Positions 42,803 through 55,345 of a DNA stretch of 64,000 nucleotides are shown here, one piece after another. The position numbers and the translations under genes were made by a program. The first letter of the stretch is position 1. Each line of letters opens with the position of its first letter. Location: positions 1-64,000 of the forward strand of contig JBFLGF010000122.1 of the NCBI GenBank assembly GCA_050230475.1, given 5' to 3'. The stretch is from Ancylonema sp. Taxonomy: Eukaryota. The notes below the pieces were generated by a model that had not been told where the DNA came from, did no database searches, and was given only the letters and a program-made list of their open reading frames with translations.

Positions 42803-44123
42803 CCTGTCTGCTTTCACTCGTATCTGACCCCGCAAATTCCTGACATAAAGTAGCTTTACAGAAGTCCATGTCTCAAAATCTGCCGTGTGCGGTGGTCCCA
42901 GGGGTCTTCCAAAGCCACCCTCAAACTGGCTCATCCAAATGCACCGCTCGGATATGCCCTCTGCTTCCTCAACCTCGGCATGGATGGATTCACAAACGCC
43001 ACTCAGGACTCCATCTCCAAGAGGTGAGCCAAGGGCGCACCTGTGGGCTCTTCATAGGGCTCTTCTGGATACATGCGGCATTTGCCTCTCTTCTCACGAC
43101 AGGAAGACACAGTGGCAGTGACATGACATATCGAGTGTATATTGTGTATGGATATGTATTGTGTATATATGCTGAGTATTGAGTATTGAGTATTGAATAC
43201 TGATAGTTGAGTATTGAGTATTGAGTATTGAGTATTGAGTATTTTGAGTATTTAGTATTGATGCTGAGTGAATATTGGAAGTACTAAGGATATATGTTGG
43301 GTGTTGCGTATGGAGTATATATATTCTGCTTATTGAGTAGTGAGTATCGATATTGAGTTTTGTTGTGTATGAGTGTAACTGCTCGGTATTTAGGCTGGTG
43401 CTCGCAAGCCCCGGTCATGTGTAAATTCGAATCTTCCATTGATCGCCAGCTCGAAACAGACTCGTCGAAGTTACGAATTCCACTCTGTGTTAGCCTGCCA
43501 AGAGTGGTCGCAGTTCTAGAGAAGGAGATCTGGAGGGAGGTGGTTTGCATAACATGTGTCTCCTTTGACTCATCCCCTCACTGAACTGAATGCTATGAAT
43601 GAAGCTGCTGTGGATATTTGGTAAACTTGGTATGTTGGGTAATGATGATGTGGATACCGAGTAAAATTGGTGTGTTAGGTAATGATTATGTGGGTATGTG
43701 GTAAACTTGGTATGTTGGGTACTTTCTGGCAGGTTCCCGAGGACGAGCACGTACCACATGATGATGGGAATGAACTTTTGGGGGTCCCTCTACACCATCG
43801 CGTACATGTTTGCGTGGCCCGGGGGAGGCGGGTACGAGGCACTGGAGTTCTTAAAGGGGCATCCTGAAGCACTTCTAGACATTCTCCTCTTTTGCTTGTG
43901 TGGAGCTGTGGGGCAGAACTTCATTTTTCTGACCATCAGCAACTTTGGGGCGTTGGCCAACACAACCATCACGACGACCCGCAAGTTCATGAGCATTCTC
44001 ATATCTGCCGTTTGGAATGGGAACCCGCTGACTTCAGAGCAGTGGGTAGGCGTGTTCATGGTCTTTGCCGGATTGTCGTACCAAATCTATTTAAAATGGA
44101 AGAGAGGAAGGGGAGGCAAATAG
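40429..44123 (+). CDS. UTr1: UDP-galactose/UDP-glucose transporter (UTr1/UTr3, SLC35B1/UAA family), 336 aa to the first stop, 7 exons
   Basis: Exons 40429-40562, 40863-40960, 41169-41299, 42077-42107, 42375-42478, 42902-43023, 43733-44123. Motifs GIWVSYLTQGVLQE, ALKYISYPAQVLAKSSKMIPVMLMG, DGFTNATQD, CGAVGQNFIFLTISNFG...TITTTRKF. Confidence 0.95.
43172..43262. repeat. (TGAGTAT)n heptamer repeat in UTr intron 6
   Basis: About 12 imperfect units. Confidence 0.85.
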
Positions 44124-44853
44124 GTTCGAGACGAGAGTGGGAGTGGGGTGTCGGGAAAGGGGTTGAAGGAGAAAGCAATCAAGAAGGAGAGTTAACGTCT
44201 TTAGTTTGAGTAAGTTTCGTTAAGCAAGGAGTGGTAGGGGGTTCTGGCAGTTGAGGAGTGAGAGAAGTGGTTGCCAATATTGTCATTATAACTAACTACC
44301 TTCGGTAGCTGTGATTGGTGACAAAGAATCAAAGGTGCTCAACATGCCATTGAGTACTCGCCATTGCACTGATTGAACTGTTCAAATCACCTTGTTGTGT
44401 AAGCGGAAGAATGGAATCTCGTGACTCCACATGCAATAAAAATAGCAAATTGGCATAACATATTTGGAAGCATTATGTAACCCGCTGTAGAGGTGCAACT
44501 TACATACGTTTGTTAATTGTGGAGATGCAAACCACGGAATGATGATATGTGGACCATGGTCAATAAGGGCTCACAATCATCTCCACTGTGTATGGAAGCA
44601 AGAATTAGAAGACAAAGATATTGTGTCATAGAGGGTGGCATGCTATCTTATCTCTAGGTACGGAAGAGGTAGGTCCGGGTTCTAGCAAATAAGAAATGAG
44701 TAATAACAATGTCGGGGACCAAATATTGAGCTTTGTGGTAGTGTACACTCCAACCCATTTCAATTTTCGTAATTTGTTTCACAGAGGACAAACACGGTTG
44801 ACAAGTAACTGCACTCAGAGTCTAGTACCTCCACTCTCAACTCGAGTCAGCAC

Positions 44854-46210
44854 TAGGGTGGCCGCCGCCCAGCCGCCCCAACCGTCACCCATCCGCCCAA
44901 CCGCCATCCAACCGCCCAACCGCCATCCAACAACCGCCCAACCGCCAATCAAGAGCCCAAATTTAAAGCGGTTGGGGATCATACGCTAAAAACAATGTAG
45001 GGAGTATGGCCGGGTTGACAATCGTTCAGCACACCGTCCCACCCCCCGATGTCGTCCGATTCCCCTGGTGTCACTAACACCGTGTCAGAAGATCCGCAAG
45101 ACTCGCAACAGTGCTCCCTCGATATAACGACCCTCGATATAACGACAACCTCGGTATAACGACAAAAAAATTTAACTTTTTTAAAATCAATACGAAATCG
45201 CCCTCGATATAAGCATAACGACACTCTTTATAATGAAAAATTATTTCAGAAATTTGTTACTGAATGTCGTTATACTGTGTATATAACGCTATTGCTCGCA
45301 GATAACGATGTATGGAAATCGAAAAAAAATTAGAACAACACCTCAAATTTTATCTAGAATTCTATATAGGTCCAATAGAATGTGCGTGTCCGGTGTTGCT
45401 TTGTAACAACCTTCATACCTCCCCAACTCTCCTCGTAAAGTTTTGTGGTATATTTTGTCCATCCGCATGTATTGGTATCATGACGCACTTGTGTAGCTTG
45501 TATATCAATACACACGCTGAATTTAATCTAATCATGCCAAGGCAACTTACTCTAGGAAACACTTAATAAACACATTTGCTTATTCACTTTGCTTCATATT
45601 CGCAAAGTTCCTCGATACAACGCGACATAGATTTCAGATTATAGTAGTAAATGTCGTTATACAGTGTATAACGACACCTCGATATAACGACACTTCTTTT
45701 ATGGGGAAAAAAATTGTCGCTATATCGAGGGAGCACTGTACATAATCTTTCCAGATTTTCTATTAAAAAACCGGATTGGACGGACGGGGTCCTTCCCACA
45801 GACCGTCCCCCCCCTATTTGTCGTCCAATTCTCGTAGTTAGGTCGGTGCACAGGTGTGCGAGGACGCCCATACATATTTTCGTGCTGGAAATGAGTCCCG
45901 CACGTGTAATCCGTATTCTTCGTACATGCAATTGCGTCAGGGAAGCCCCGGGGTCACCCGATTTTCATCGGCCGTTGAGAATTGAGCCCTTAACCAGATT
46001 AGCCCCCCGGTTCTTACACGTAGACTATACACGCCCCAACAGATATTCACGAATATCTATCTACACCCACTCGCCGTCCAACCGCCCCGACCGCCATCCA
46101 ACCGCCAACCGCCGGTTGGGGCTGTTGGGCGGTTGGGTGGCGGTTTCGCGGTTGGGCAGAGGCGGTTAGTGCAATGGCGGTTGGCGGTTGGCGGTTGGGT
46201 GCCCACCCTA
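44854..46210. mobile_element. Non-autonomous hAT element with nested pogo-like MITE (45109-45738)
   Basis: TIR TAGGGTGG / CCACCCTA; TSD GTCAGCAC / GTCACCAC (7/8); CCAACCGCC subterminal repeats. Nested element has TIR CAGTGCTCCCTCGATATA / TATATCGAGGGAGCACTG. Confidence 0.85.
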
Positions 46211-47306
46211 GTCACCACACCATATGCCTTATCACCTTGATTTTTTTGCGTAGTTGCGTTGTGAGGGTATGCCGATGCCCATCAATACACATTGGCTAGG
46301 TCCTCTCCTAGAGGCTCCTAGAAGCCCAATTCGATACTTGTTCACAAAGAATCGTCATGTGGGTGACCACAGCCCCAAAACATATGATTTGACACGAACC
46401 CTCGAAGTTTACCAAATAATTGCACAATAAGCAAAAGCTTGTTTTTCTTCTTACTTTCACTCATTCACACATGATAGCCCCACGCTCCCAGTTGACCCTC
46501 CCCAAGTCCCGTCCTCATGCTCATGTGATGAGAAAAACAATTTCGTGCGCTATACTTTCTTGGTATGCAATGATTTTATACGTGTCTATTTATAATGTGC
46601 GGTTTTCACGGCCATAGAAATCACGCTAATGTAACGCGATCGCAACAAACGGTATTCAAATTAGACCGGATCGGTGGAGCGAAATCCGCTGTCTTGGCGA
46701 ACAAATTGTCCGGATTGAGATCGAGGGCTCGTGAACAGCGAGTACTCGATTCCTGTCGCGATGTGCACCCCCCATTCCACCCACCCCAAGACCCATGTGG
46801 AATTGCGGCCAAACGTAAGCACGACACGCGGCACTCGAAAAGCATACAACCAAACAAAGTCATTTGTACGACCAAACAATTTTATGTGTACAACGAGTAC
46901 CAACTGCCATGGAGCCCGTCTTTCAGTTCACATTAATTTGCGTTTGCGATCAATTGTACAATGCATAACTTGAATTCCTAGGATAAGTAACATTTCAACA
47001 CCTACGTATGGCGGCCATGAAGTGAAGTGCATAACTCTCCCCCCCCCCCCCTTGTGCTCGACTTAGTTATAAAATAATTATCTCCTCTTGTTAACGTACG
47101 TCAAATAGAGCTACCTCTAAATGTTTGAGCTCGAAGCATTGAACATCTTTCACACGTGAAATATACATTTCCCGCTACAAAGGGTCGAGGAGCGCAATGC
47201 GTCATGGTGATCATAATCACCACTCGTTGTATTCCGTACAATTACAACGACGCACGCCTTCCCTATGAACAAACATTGCGTACGGACAGCCCCCCCCGCC
47301 CCCGTC

Positions 47307-50300
47307 CTAAGCACACACAGGGGTGGTGATGAACAAGTGACCTTGGGGGGCGGGCGGCGCAATCAAATTCCGCCCGTGCGTCTCGAGCTTCATCTTCTCG
47401 ACCACCGCACGTGTGGGGGTCCCGAAGCGGACCGCGTTGTCCATGAGGGCCTTGATTGGACCCAAATCGTACGGATTCCCCTCCTCGATGACCTTGAGTA
47501 CGGTTCCCCCGCCCGTGAATAGGTAGTACTTGGCGGAGTCGATCGCCGCGTGGTAGAGACCGGGGAGGAGGATCTTGAGCTCGTGGAGGGTGTCTCCGCC
47601 GCCTGCGCGCGCGAAAGGGAAGGGAAGGGGGGGGGGGGGGGGGGAAGGGTTCATGTTCTGAGGTTTTAGATTGAAGTGCACCCGGGGGATTGGAACGGAA
47701 GTGTGAGTTCGACACCCGCGGACGTAAATACAAATTCACTTTTATGTAGTTTTTTTTTTTGGTGAAGGTCAATGTGGGATGGTTCATCGATGGATTGTGA
47801 ACGGAGACGAGACGGAAGAATAGACCGGTTAGACGGGAAGAATGGCGACAAGGAGCGGTCGAGTGATACCCACCGTAGAACTTGAGTGCCGTCTTGTTTT
47901 GGTCGATCACGGTGTCCAACTTCGCGGTGCCGTCCGAAAAGTGAGGAGTCTGCACCAACCGTAACCGTTATCGTAACCGTAACCGTAATCGTAACCGTTA
48001 CTCTCACCTTAGTGCAAAACACCGCTGGTCTCTTTAGCCTACCACCAAGCCTTGCACGCAATGCATTGCAATCTATCCCACATAAACTAAGAGCATCTAC
48101 CAAATCAAGTTCAAGATCAAAGTTGAGGTCCGAATTTGGTTCTCTACCATATACATGATCAGAATCAAGGCCAAAAAAGATGGTCAAGGTAAAAGTCAAG
48201 GTCAACATCAAGGTCAACGGTCAAAGGTCAAAGGGGCCACGTGGATCACCAGTCCCATCACGGCGTTGACAAAGATGGTGCTCGCTCCTTTGATAGCAGA
48301 TTTCACGGCCGGCTGCTCGAACGAAGAGGGGTCCGCGTCGAGAATGTATTTATATTTTTGGCCCGCACGGAAATCGTCCACGCGCACGATGCGGTACTGC
48401 CCCTCCTTCTTCCCCTCGATCGTGTCGGATTCGATCAAATACTTGAGCTCGAGCAGCTTGCCTTGCACCGCATCCTGCTCGACGAGACCCTTGGCAAGCT
48501 CGACGTCTGTTATGGGGGGAGTGGGCGGGGGCGGGGGCGGGATGTGACACGACAAACTTTTCACTCGACGTGTTGTGGGATGGAATCGGATACGTTGGAA
48601 AACTCCCATTGGCGAGATTTGACATTGACAAGCGTTATAAAGATTCGTTGGCGGAAAGGAAGGGGCGAATGGTGGAGATGGGTTCACTTTTAGTCCGACA
48701 CCCCTTTTACTTAATATTATTACCTGAATCCGTCACCCCTTGGATCTTGACTCCGTACTTTGCGCACAGGTATGCTGCACAGGGGGCAAAAGATATCTCG
48801 GAAAATACGCATGCACTAAATGATTGGGCCAGGGAAAAAACGCAAGGGATCCGCTCGCTCTCCGCTACATTTCGAACCCTCTAGATTTTTACAACGGCAT
48901 TGGTCGTTATAAGCGTGCTTCGTTGCCTCACCGTTGTACACCACGCCTCCCAAAATGAGGTGATCCACCTGCGAGAATCGCAAAGGAACCAATGACCTTC
49001 TTGACCTTTCAGAGAATTGAAAAGTACAAAAATCAAACCACGAAACAAACGTCCACAAACAAAACAACACGGGTTTCTACTGCGCTCCACGTGTCCACGT
49101 GTCCACGTGTCCCTCCTCCCCTCACCTTCTTGTAGATCTCGTTGAGCGGCCCGATCTTGGTGTCGTACTTGCTCCCGCCCACCACCGCCAAGAAGGGCGC
49201 CCGCGAGTGCAACAACTCTCGCACGTGCGACAACTCGTCTTGCATGAGCAGACCCGCGACACTGGGAAGGACGCGAGTGATGGCGGACGTGGACGCGTGG
49301 GCCTAGAGGGCACAAAAGGTACGGAACAGCGGAACGGGGGGTCATGCGGCTCTCTAGCTTCACACGTGCGAGTCACATCACTGGTGCGGTTTTGTTTTCA
49401 CACGTACGAAAGGCGTCATACGACGTGCGAGTAGAATAACACGCGCGAGTGATATCACACGTGCGAGTCGTATCATACGCACGGGTCGTGTTCACACGAG
49501 CGAATATTTTCGCACGTGCGAGTTGGCTGACCTGCCACGACCCGAAGGCGTCGTTGACGAAGACGTCGGCCAACCCCGCGAGCTGGACGGCGAAGCGACC
49601 GCACTTGTCGCCCTTGTCCTCTGCCCCCTGGAAACCCCACCCCCCCACCCCCCCAACCCCCACCCGCCACCCTTGTCGGAGACGAGTCAAGTGGGATTCG
49701 GAGGGAGGAACCTACGAGGAAGGTCGCGCCGAGCTCGTGGGTTTCTACTCACGGTGAACCATCTCGTGTTTGGCAGATAGATTCCCCCGCTGGTCCTCGC
49801 CCTCAAGTCGGCGATGAGGTGGTTGTTGGACGTGTCCACGTCGGTGATGCCCGTGCCGTCCGCGGACGGGTGGAAGTGCGGGACGGCGAATCGGATTCGT
49901 AGCTTGCGTTGGAGGTACGTCACTGGGGGGAAAAAGGTGAACGAAAAGGAATTGGTCGTACGATGTGAGTCACGTATCTTTTGTGTCAGAAATGATTCGG
50001 AATCAGAGTGTCGGAGGTTGAAGGAGGGGGGCGTAGGTAAGTACAAAGAGAAGGAGAAGGGAAAGGAAACGAATAACAAGCATATGATACGACAAGTCGA
50101 TGGGAATGTTGGAAGGAAGAAGAAGAGAGGAAAGGCCCTCGGAAACCAACGAGTCGTTTAACGAGGGCGGCATATGCATTTCGTAAAAGTACCAAATGTG
50201 TACAGTACCGTACAGTTCCGTACAGTACCGTACAGTACCGTACAGTATCGTACAGTACAGTACCGTACAGTACCGTGGTTTTTGTTGGCCATGATAAGTT

Positions 50301-51586
50301 CATAAAAGCGGATGACATGGGTGAGAGTCTTTGTAGACGTACCGATCGCATCCACAGCGGTATCCGAGTCGATCGATATCTTTCCCGTCTTCTTATCCCG
50401 TGGACGGCCGACATGTGTCTGCGACGGACCAATCCCACGTGGCAAGAAATTATATTGTTAAAAAGGTGCGTTGCAAATGATCTGATTCTTAATGGAAGCC
50501 AATGCTAGATTCCAAAGGCGAATATCATCGTGGGCCATCCCAAGAAGAAGATAACCGTACACTTGAGTGTTGTTATAACGAGGGTTCGCTATATAGCCTT
50601 CAAGGACCTCACCATGATGATGGGCCGCCCCCCACGTTCGATGATGTTGTACTGCATCACATCACATCACGGACATCATTTTGAAACATTCGTCACCACC
50701 GAGTGAGTTGTATGTGGGAGGTGCGAATGGGGCTATTCGTTGGACATGCTCTTCATGGTTGACACGTGTGGAGTCTATAACCTCATCCGAGTGGTATCAA
50801 CTAGTGAGTAGATGGAATGAAAACAATACTGTCCAATCGCCCTGGAATTGCCCTGAAATTGCCCTGGAATTGTTAAAACGTCCACCAGAACTACAAAAAA
50901 GGTCAAACAAACAGGAAAGTAATCCACAGACTCCGTGCGGTATGGCTCACCATGGTCGCTAAGGTGCAGTCAACCCGGTACTGGTCCATGATGGCACCTG
51001 TGCAGCACAAGTCAGCCAGCCGTCACCATCAGCCGTTGGATGCGACAATCGGCGGTCTCTCGCGCAGCTGCGCTGTAATTTAGGGCGGCATGAGATGCAT
51101 CTGTTCGGGACGCAAGTTCGGTTTCCTTCGTTTCAAAGCATAATTCTGGCGCTTCTGGCGCTTCTCACCATGCTTGATGACGTTGTGGTCCACCCGAAGA
51201 AGAACCACCTGAATGCAACAGAAGAGCACGGTACCGATACTCAGCCTGATTCTAACAGCTGAACTTCACTGAGACCCCGAAAAGTACATCAATCAGAAAT
51301 CAATCTGGTATGGGGCTGTACGTTATACGGACTTTTAGCCCCGTGTACGTGTCAACCCTGTGTACGATAAAATCGAAGGCAGGACCAATGCGATCCTCAA
51401 GCTATTTTCTACAACATATCTGGTATGATGGTGAAATAAATGGGAGCTGCATGAGGACAGGTAAGGAAGAACAGTAAACAGCAATCCTGACATGATGCTA
51501 TGCTTCCGCACCTTGTCATGGAGGTCAGCGTCCTGAAGTAGGGGCAGACGCTTGTCTACCACATACTCAAATTTGTTTTCCGCCAT
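47307..51586 (-). CDS. PGK: Phosphoglycerate kinase, divergent (non-canonical) type, ~478 aa, 13 exons, no obvious transit peptide
   Basis: Exons 51586-51512, 51208-51169, 50997-50951, 50651-50613, 50418-50343, 49922-49753, 49627-49532, 49302-49126, 48968-48932, 48774-48724, 48506-48250, 47949-47874, 47602-47307; total 1437 nt, all phases compatible. Motifs VLLRVDHNV, MTHVGRP, DVFVNDAFG, VGGSK, LILGG, GGGDT, TGGG. Confidence 0.93.
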
Positions 51587-52011
51587 TCGCAACACTCAGC
51601 GAGCTCTAAGGCGCGAATACTTGATATAAAAAAAATTCCCTCGCACCTTCTGCACCTTCTCCAGCTCTGTTCGAAAGAAAACCAGACTGCGCAAGGTCTG
51701 AAATCTGAAATGCGGTTCCGTAAAAAAGGAGCGCTGGACAGGAGCATGTCCATTAATCGCTTCACGGCACCCTAATTCCCTGACGGGCAATTGCCCGTGG
51801 CTGACGGTCAATGCTGGCTTCAGTGCCTGCCAGCGTTGTGTGGGCCTCCAGGGCCACCTCACATGACCTCTGTGTCAGCAAGCACGTCACTGATTGGCGG
51901 CGACTACGCATCCGTGGGTTGACTGCGTCAGGTTTCGGTATGTCACGGAGATTGTGGCGAAGTAGACGTGGCACCCCATGGGGCAGTTTCCCGCATCGTG
52001 CGATGCCGTAA

Positions 52012-53419
52012 CAATAAACCCTTTATATGGTGACACTCGATATAGTGGCAGTCACGATATAGTGACAGGTTTTTTGTCCTTTTTCTTATCCTAAATAAAA
52101 ACCCACTCCATATACAGTGCAGTCTTGATATAGTGACACACTGTACAGTGACAATCGCAATATAGTGACATTTTTTTTGCCCTTTTTCTATTCCTATATA
52201 TAAACCTACTCTATATAGTGACAATCGCTATAGTGTCACACGTTATAGTGACCAAAAATTCCCTGATTTTTGTATTGCGATGTCACTATTCGGTGAAACC
52301 TGTCTAAATTTATACTCTGAAAGTTAATAACCTGTCTATTTTAATTCATAATAATCTGTCCGAATTGTTTTTAGCCAAAATTTGACGCGTAAATTAATAA
52401 CCAGTCTAATTTCAATTTTTTTAATGGTTCTAACATTAGTTATGTAGACAGGTTTTACTATAGCGAGAGGATGTTAAAACAAAAAGCCGTTTAGATGAGC
52501 CACCTCCGTTAAACATATCGACCTGAATTTCTCTTTCTCTCGATATAGTGACAATTGCCTCTGGTCGCCCTATTAAATGTCACTATACAGTGTATAGTGA
52601 CAACATTAGCATTCGATATAGTGACATTATTTTCCCCCGTCTATAAATTTGTCACTATATCAAGACTGCACTGTAGTGACAATCGCTATAGTGACACACG
52701 TTATAGTGACCAAATTTTCCCGGAATTTACTATTGAGATGTCACTGTAGAGTGAAACCTGTCTAAATTAACGTCGTGCAAATAAATAACCTCCCAAATTC
52801 AATAGAAAATATTCCACCCAGATCCAGGTTTACACAAAATCTGATGTGTGAATCAAGAACCTTCCTGAATTAATATTTTATATCGGTCCTCGCATGATCA
52901 CTTTAAAGAGGTTCTATTGTAGCGAGTGGATCTTAGAGCAAACGCCATAAAATGACCTACCTCCTTTAATAAAAACCGTGGCGCACCCGATCTGGTCGCT
53001 CAAAATTACCTACATGACACTTTCCTTTGATGTAGTGACATTTTCTATCAAATGCCACTATACCGTACTGGTCACCGTAAATGATTTCTGTTTTTTCAAA
53101 ACGAATTAATTTGTTAATGATTTGTAAGAAAGATTCCGGGAATCCGGTAGTTATTATTGATGATTTTTGGCAATGATTTCTGGTAACGTACATACAAAAT
53201 TCAAAACAAATCCAATAGTGGTATTAATATCAATGATTTTTGGTTTATGATTCCGACCTCATAGGTATTAATATAAATGATTGATTTCGGGTTTCAATAA
53301 TTAATTAAAAATCATTTACGGTGCCCAGTACGGTATAGTGTGTAGTGACGCCCCTGGCATTCGATATAGACATTATTTCCCACTCTCTATGAAATTGTCA
53401 CTATATCAAGGGTTTAATG
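52012..53419. mobile_element. pogo-like MITE containing two nested Tc1/mariner MITEs (52115-52673 and 53063-53333)
   Basis: Outer TIR CAATAAACCCTTTATATGGTGAC / GTCACTATATCAAGGGTTTAATG. Both inner elements have their own TIRs and TA duplications; removing them restores continuous family sequence. Confidence 0.85.
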
Positions 53420-53572
53420 CACGACGAAACTTTAATACATTCAGCGCCCTCTATAGGCCCAGGAATAATAGATTAGGCCCTATATTTTTCTTTGGTGATT
53501 TATTCACTTAAATACCGGCATGACGAATTACTAAATTGCTATGTTTTTTTGGGTATTTTGGCAAGTTGGAAC

Positions 53573-54888
53573 TAGGGTGGCGGTCTACCCTTAACCAGGT
53601 AAACCCTTAACCCGTAACCCTGAGGTATTAACCCGCAAATAATCCGGCAGCCAAAAACCGGGTTAAAACCCCACAATAACCCGGAATAACCCTCGCACCA
53701 GAAAATACCCGGAATACCCCAGGGTATGTTTGGGTATTTGAGGGTTTTTGAGGGTATTTGAGAGTATTTGAGGGTAGGTTATGGTAGGTTCTCCTGAGGG
53801 GGGTTTTTCATTTCTCATAATTTGTGCAATTGAACTGTGATCCAACATGTCTTTAGAGTATACGCATAGACGCTTTGGATATAATCAATGTGATACTTAC
53901 CTCGTTCCTCAATCGGTCCTCCTCCTCTACTGGCAACTCATCCTCTGACAAGTCGTATAGGTGGGTCATACTTCCCAGTGGGAATCTACTGAAAAAAAAA
54001 ATGATACCGATATGGCACACCCTCACACGCGTCTTCGGCTATAAGTGGGTCATTCTCCTCCTTCGGGAGCTGGAAGGGGGGGGGGTAGTAGGAAAAAAAA
54101 ACCGATATCAATACGACACACCCACACATGCGTTAAATAGAAAGTGATTCAGGTTCACCTCCTCTCGAGATGGGTCATCATTGTTGGACGGCTCCTCTTC
54201 ATCCGACAAGACGTCCTCGGGTATGGGTGGGTCATCTTCCTCCCAATTGGAAATCTACAAGGGGGCGGGGTGGAGGGGGGGTATGATGCCGATTCACCAC
54301 ACCCATACATGCGTCAAATACAAAGTGATTATGATGTACCTCATGTTGTTGTTTTATGCATGAAACAACATACTTTGATAATTCATTGCCAGATCCCGGA
54401 GCTCATGACGGCAAGGGACGCCGTACGCCGGTCGCAAATCGCATCCGCATGATCTGTCATCTGTAAATCACAAATATAACAATATTCATAAACATCATAG
54501 GTATCATTCTTTAACATCTCGCATTATCATGATGTGCGAGTCTTTAGAAATGACTCACTCAATGTTGTTTACGTTGATAACATCAATACTCGTGTGTACA
54601 ACTTCTAGGCCACACAATTGAGTGACTTTAAAAGAGACTCTCTTCACATTCAAATGAAAGTGTTGCAAAGTTGTTTTTTTCTTTTTTAAGGATATTTTTT
54701 GGGCTGTTGATAGGGTATAATAACCTCAGGGTACGTTAGGGTTTTTAGGGATATCTCCGGGTATTGAAGGTTTTTTTAGGGTACGGTGGGGGTAGTTAGG
54801 GGTACGTTAGGGTATTTGCGGATTACTTGAAGGTACATGCGGGTTACTTTTTAACCGGAGACAAAAAATGTGGGATACCGCCACCCTA
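53573..54888. mobile_element. Non-autonomous hAT-type element carrying exon-like internal sequence
   Basis: TIR TAGGGTGGCGGT / ACCGCCACCCTA; TSD GTTGGAAC / TTTGGAAC (7/8); TAACCC/GGGTA subterminal repeats at both ends. Confidence 0.85.
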
Positions 54889-55026
54889 TTTGGAACACAA
54901 TGGTGCCAAATTTTTATGGGTAAAAACTTGCCCTTCCAATGGCTGTGAAGCATAATTTCAATATGATTATACAAAATGGGACTCACCACGTTTGAAAGAG
55001 CCCATGGGAAACCACATTTACTATGG

Positions 55027-55345
55027 TACCAGCCAGCCGTAATGTGCTAGCATATCGGAAATTTGATTATTATATGTAGGCTCCAAATAGTTGCGCCATC
55101 AAATTTTCAATTGGTAAGTACACGCCAAAAATGCGCGCCGGGCAAATTTTGAATACATGTTTTTCGACTGCGCTAGGGGTTTTGTTTTTTTTTTGTACTG
55201 AATTTTTGTACTGCGCCAGAATATCGTCGATTTTATTAATTTGATTGCGTTAAAAGTGTTCAAAATAATGATTTTAGTACGCGCCAAAAACGTGTGTGCC
55301 AGGCAAAATGGTAATTATTTTCCGGCGCATTATCTCTGGCTGGTA
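55027..55345. mobile_element. Probable degraded MITE
   Basis: Inverted ends GTACCAGCCAG / CTGGCTGGTAC; TSD unclear. Confidence 0.45.

Noticed and set aside
16877..44195. Genome-wide TAA/TAG-to-Gln reassignment (as in some ulvophyte algae), suggested by in-frame stops in the UTr and MYND genes
   Set aside because: More than 1,200 codons of conserved STRAP, PGK, UTr and RCI2 exons contain no internal TAR. STRAP, PGK and MYND end naturally at TAG, and the KKES motif needs TAA as a stop.
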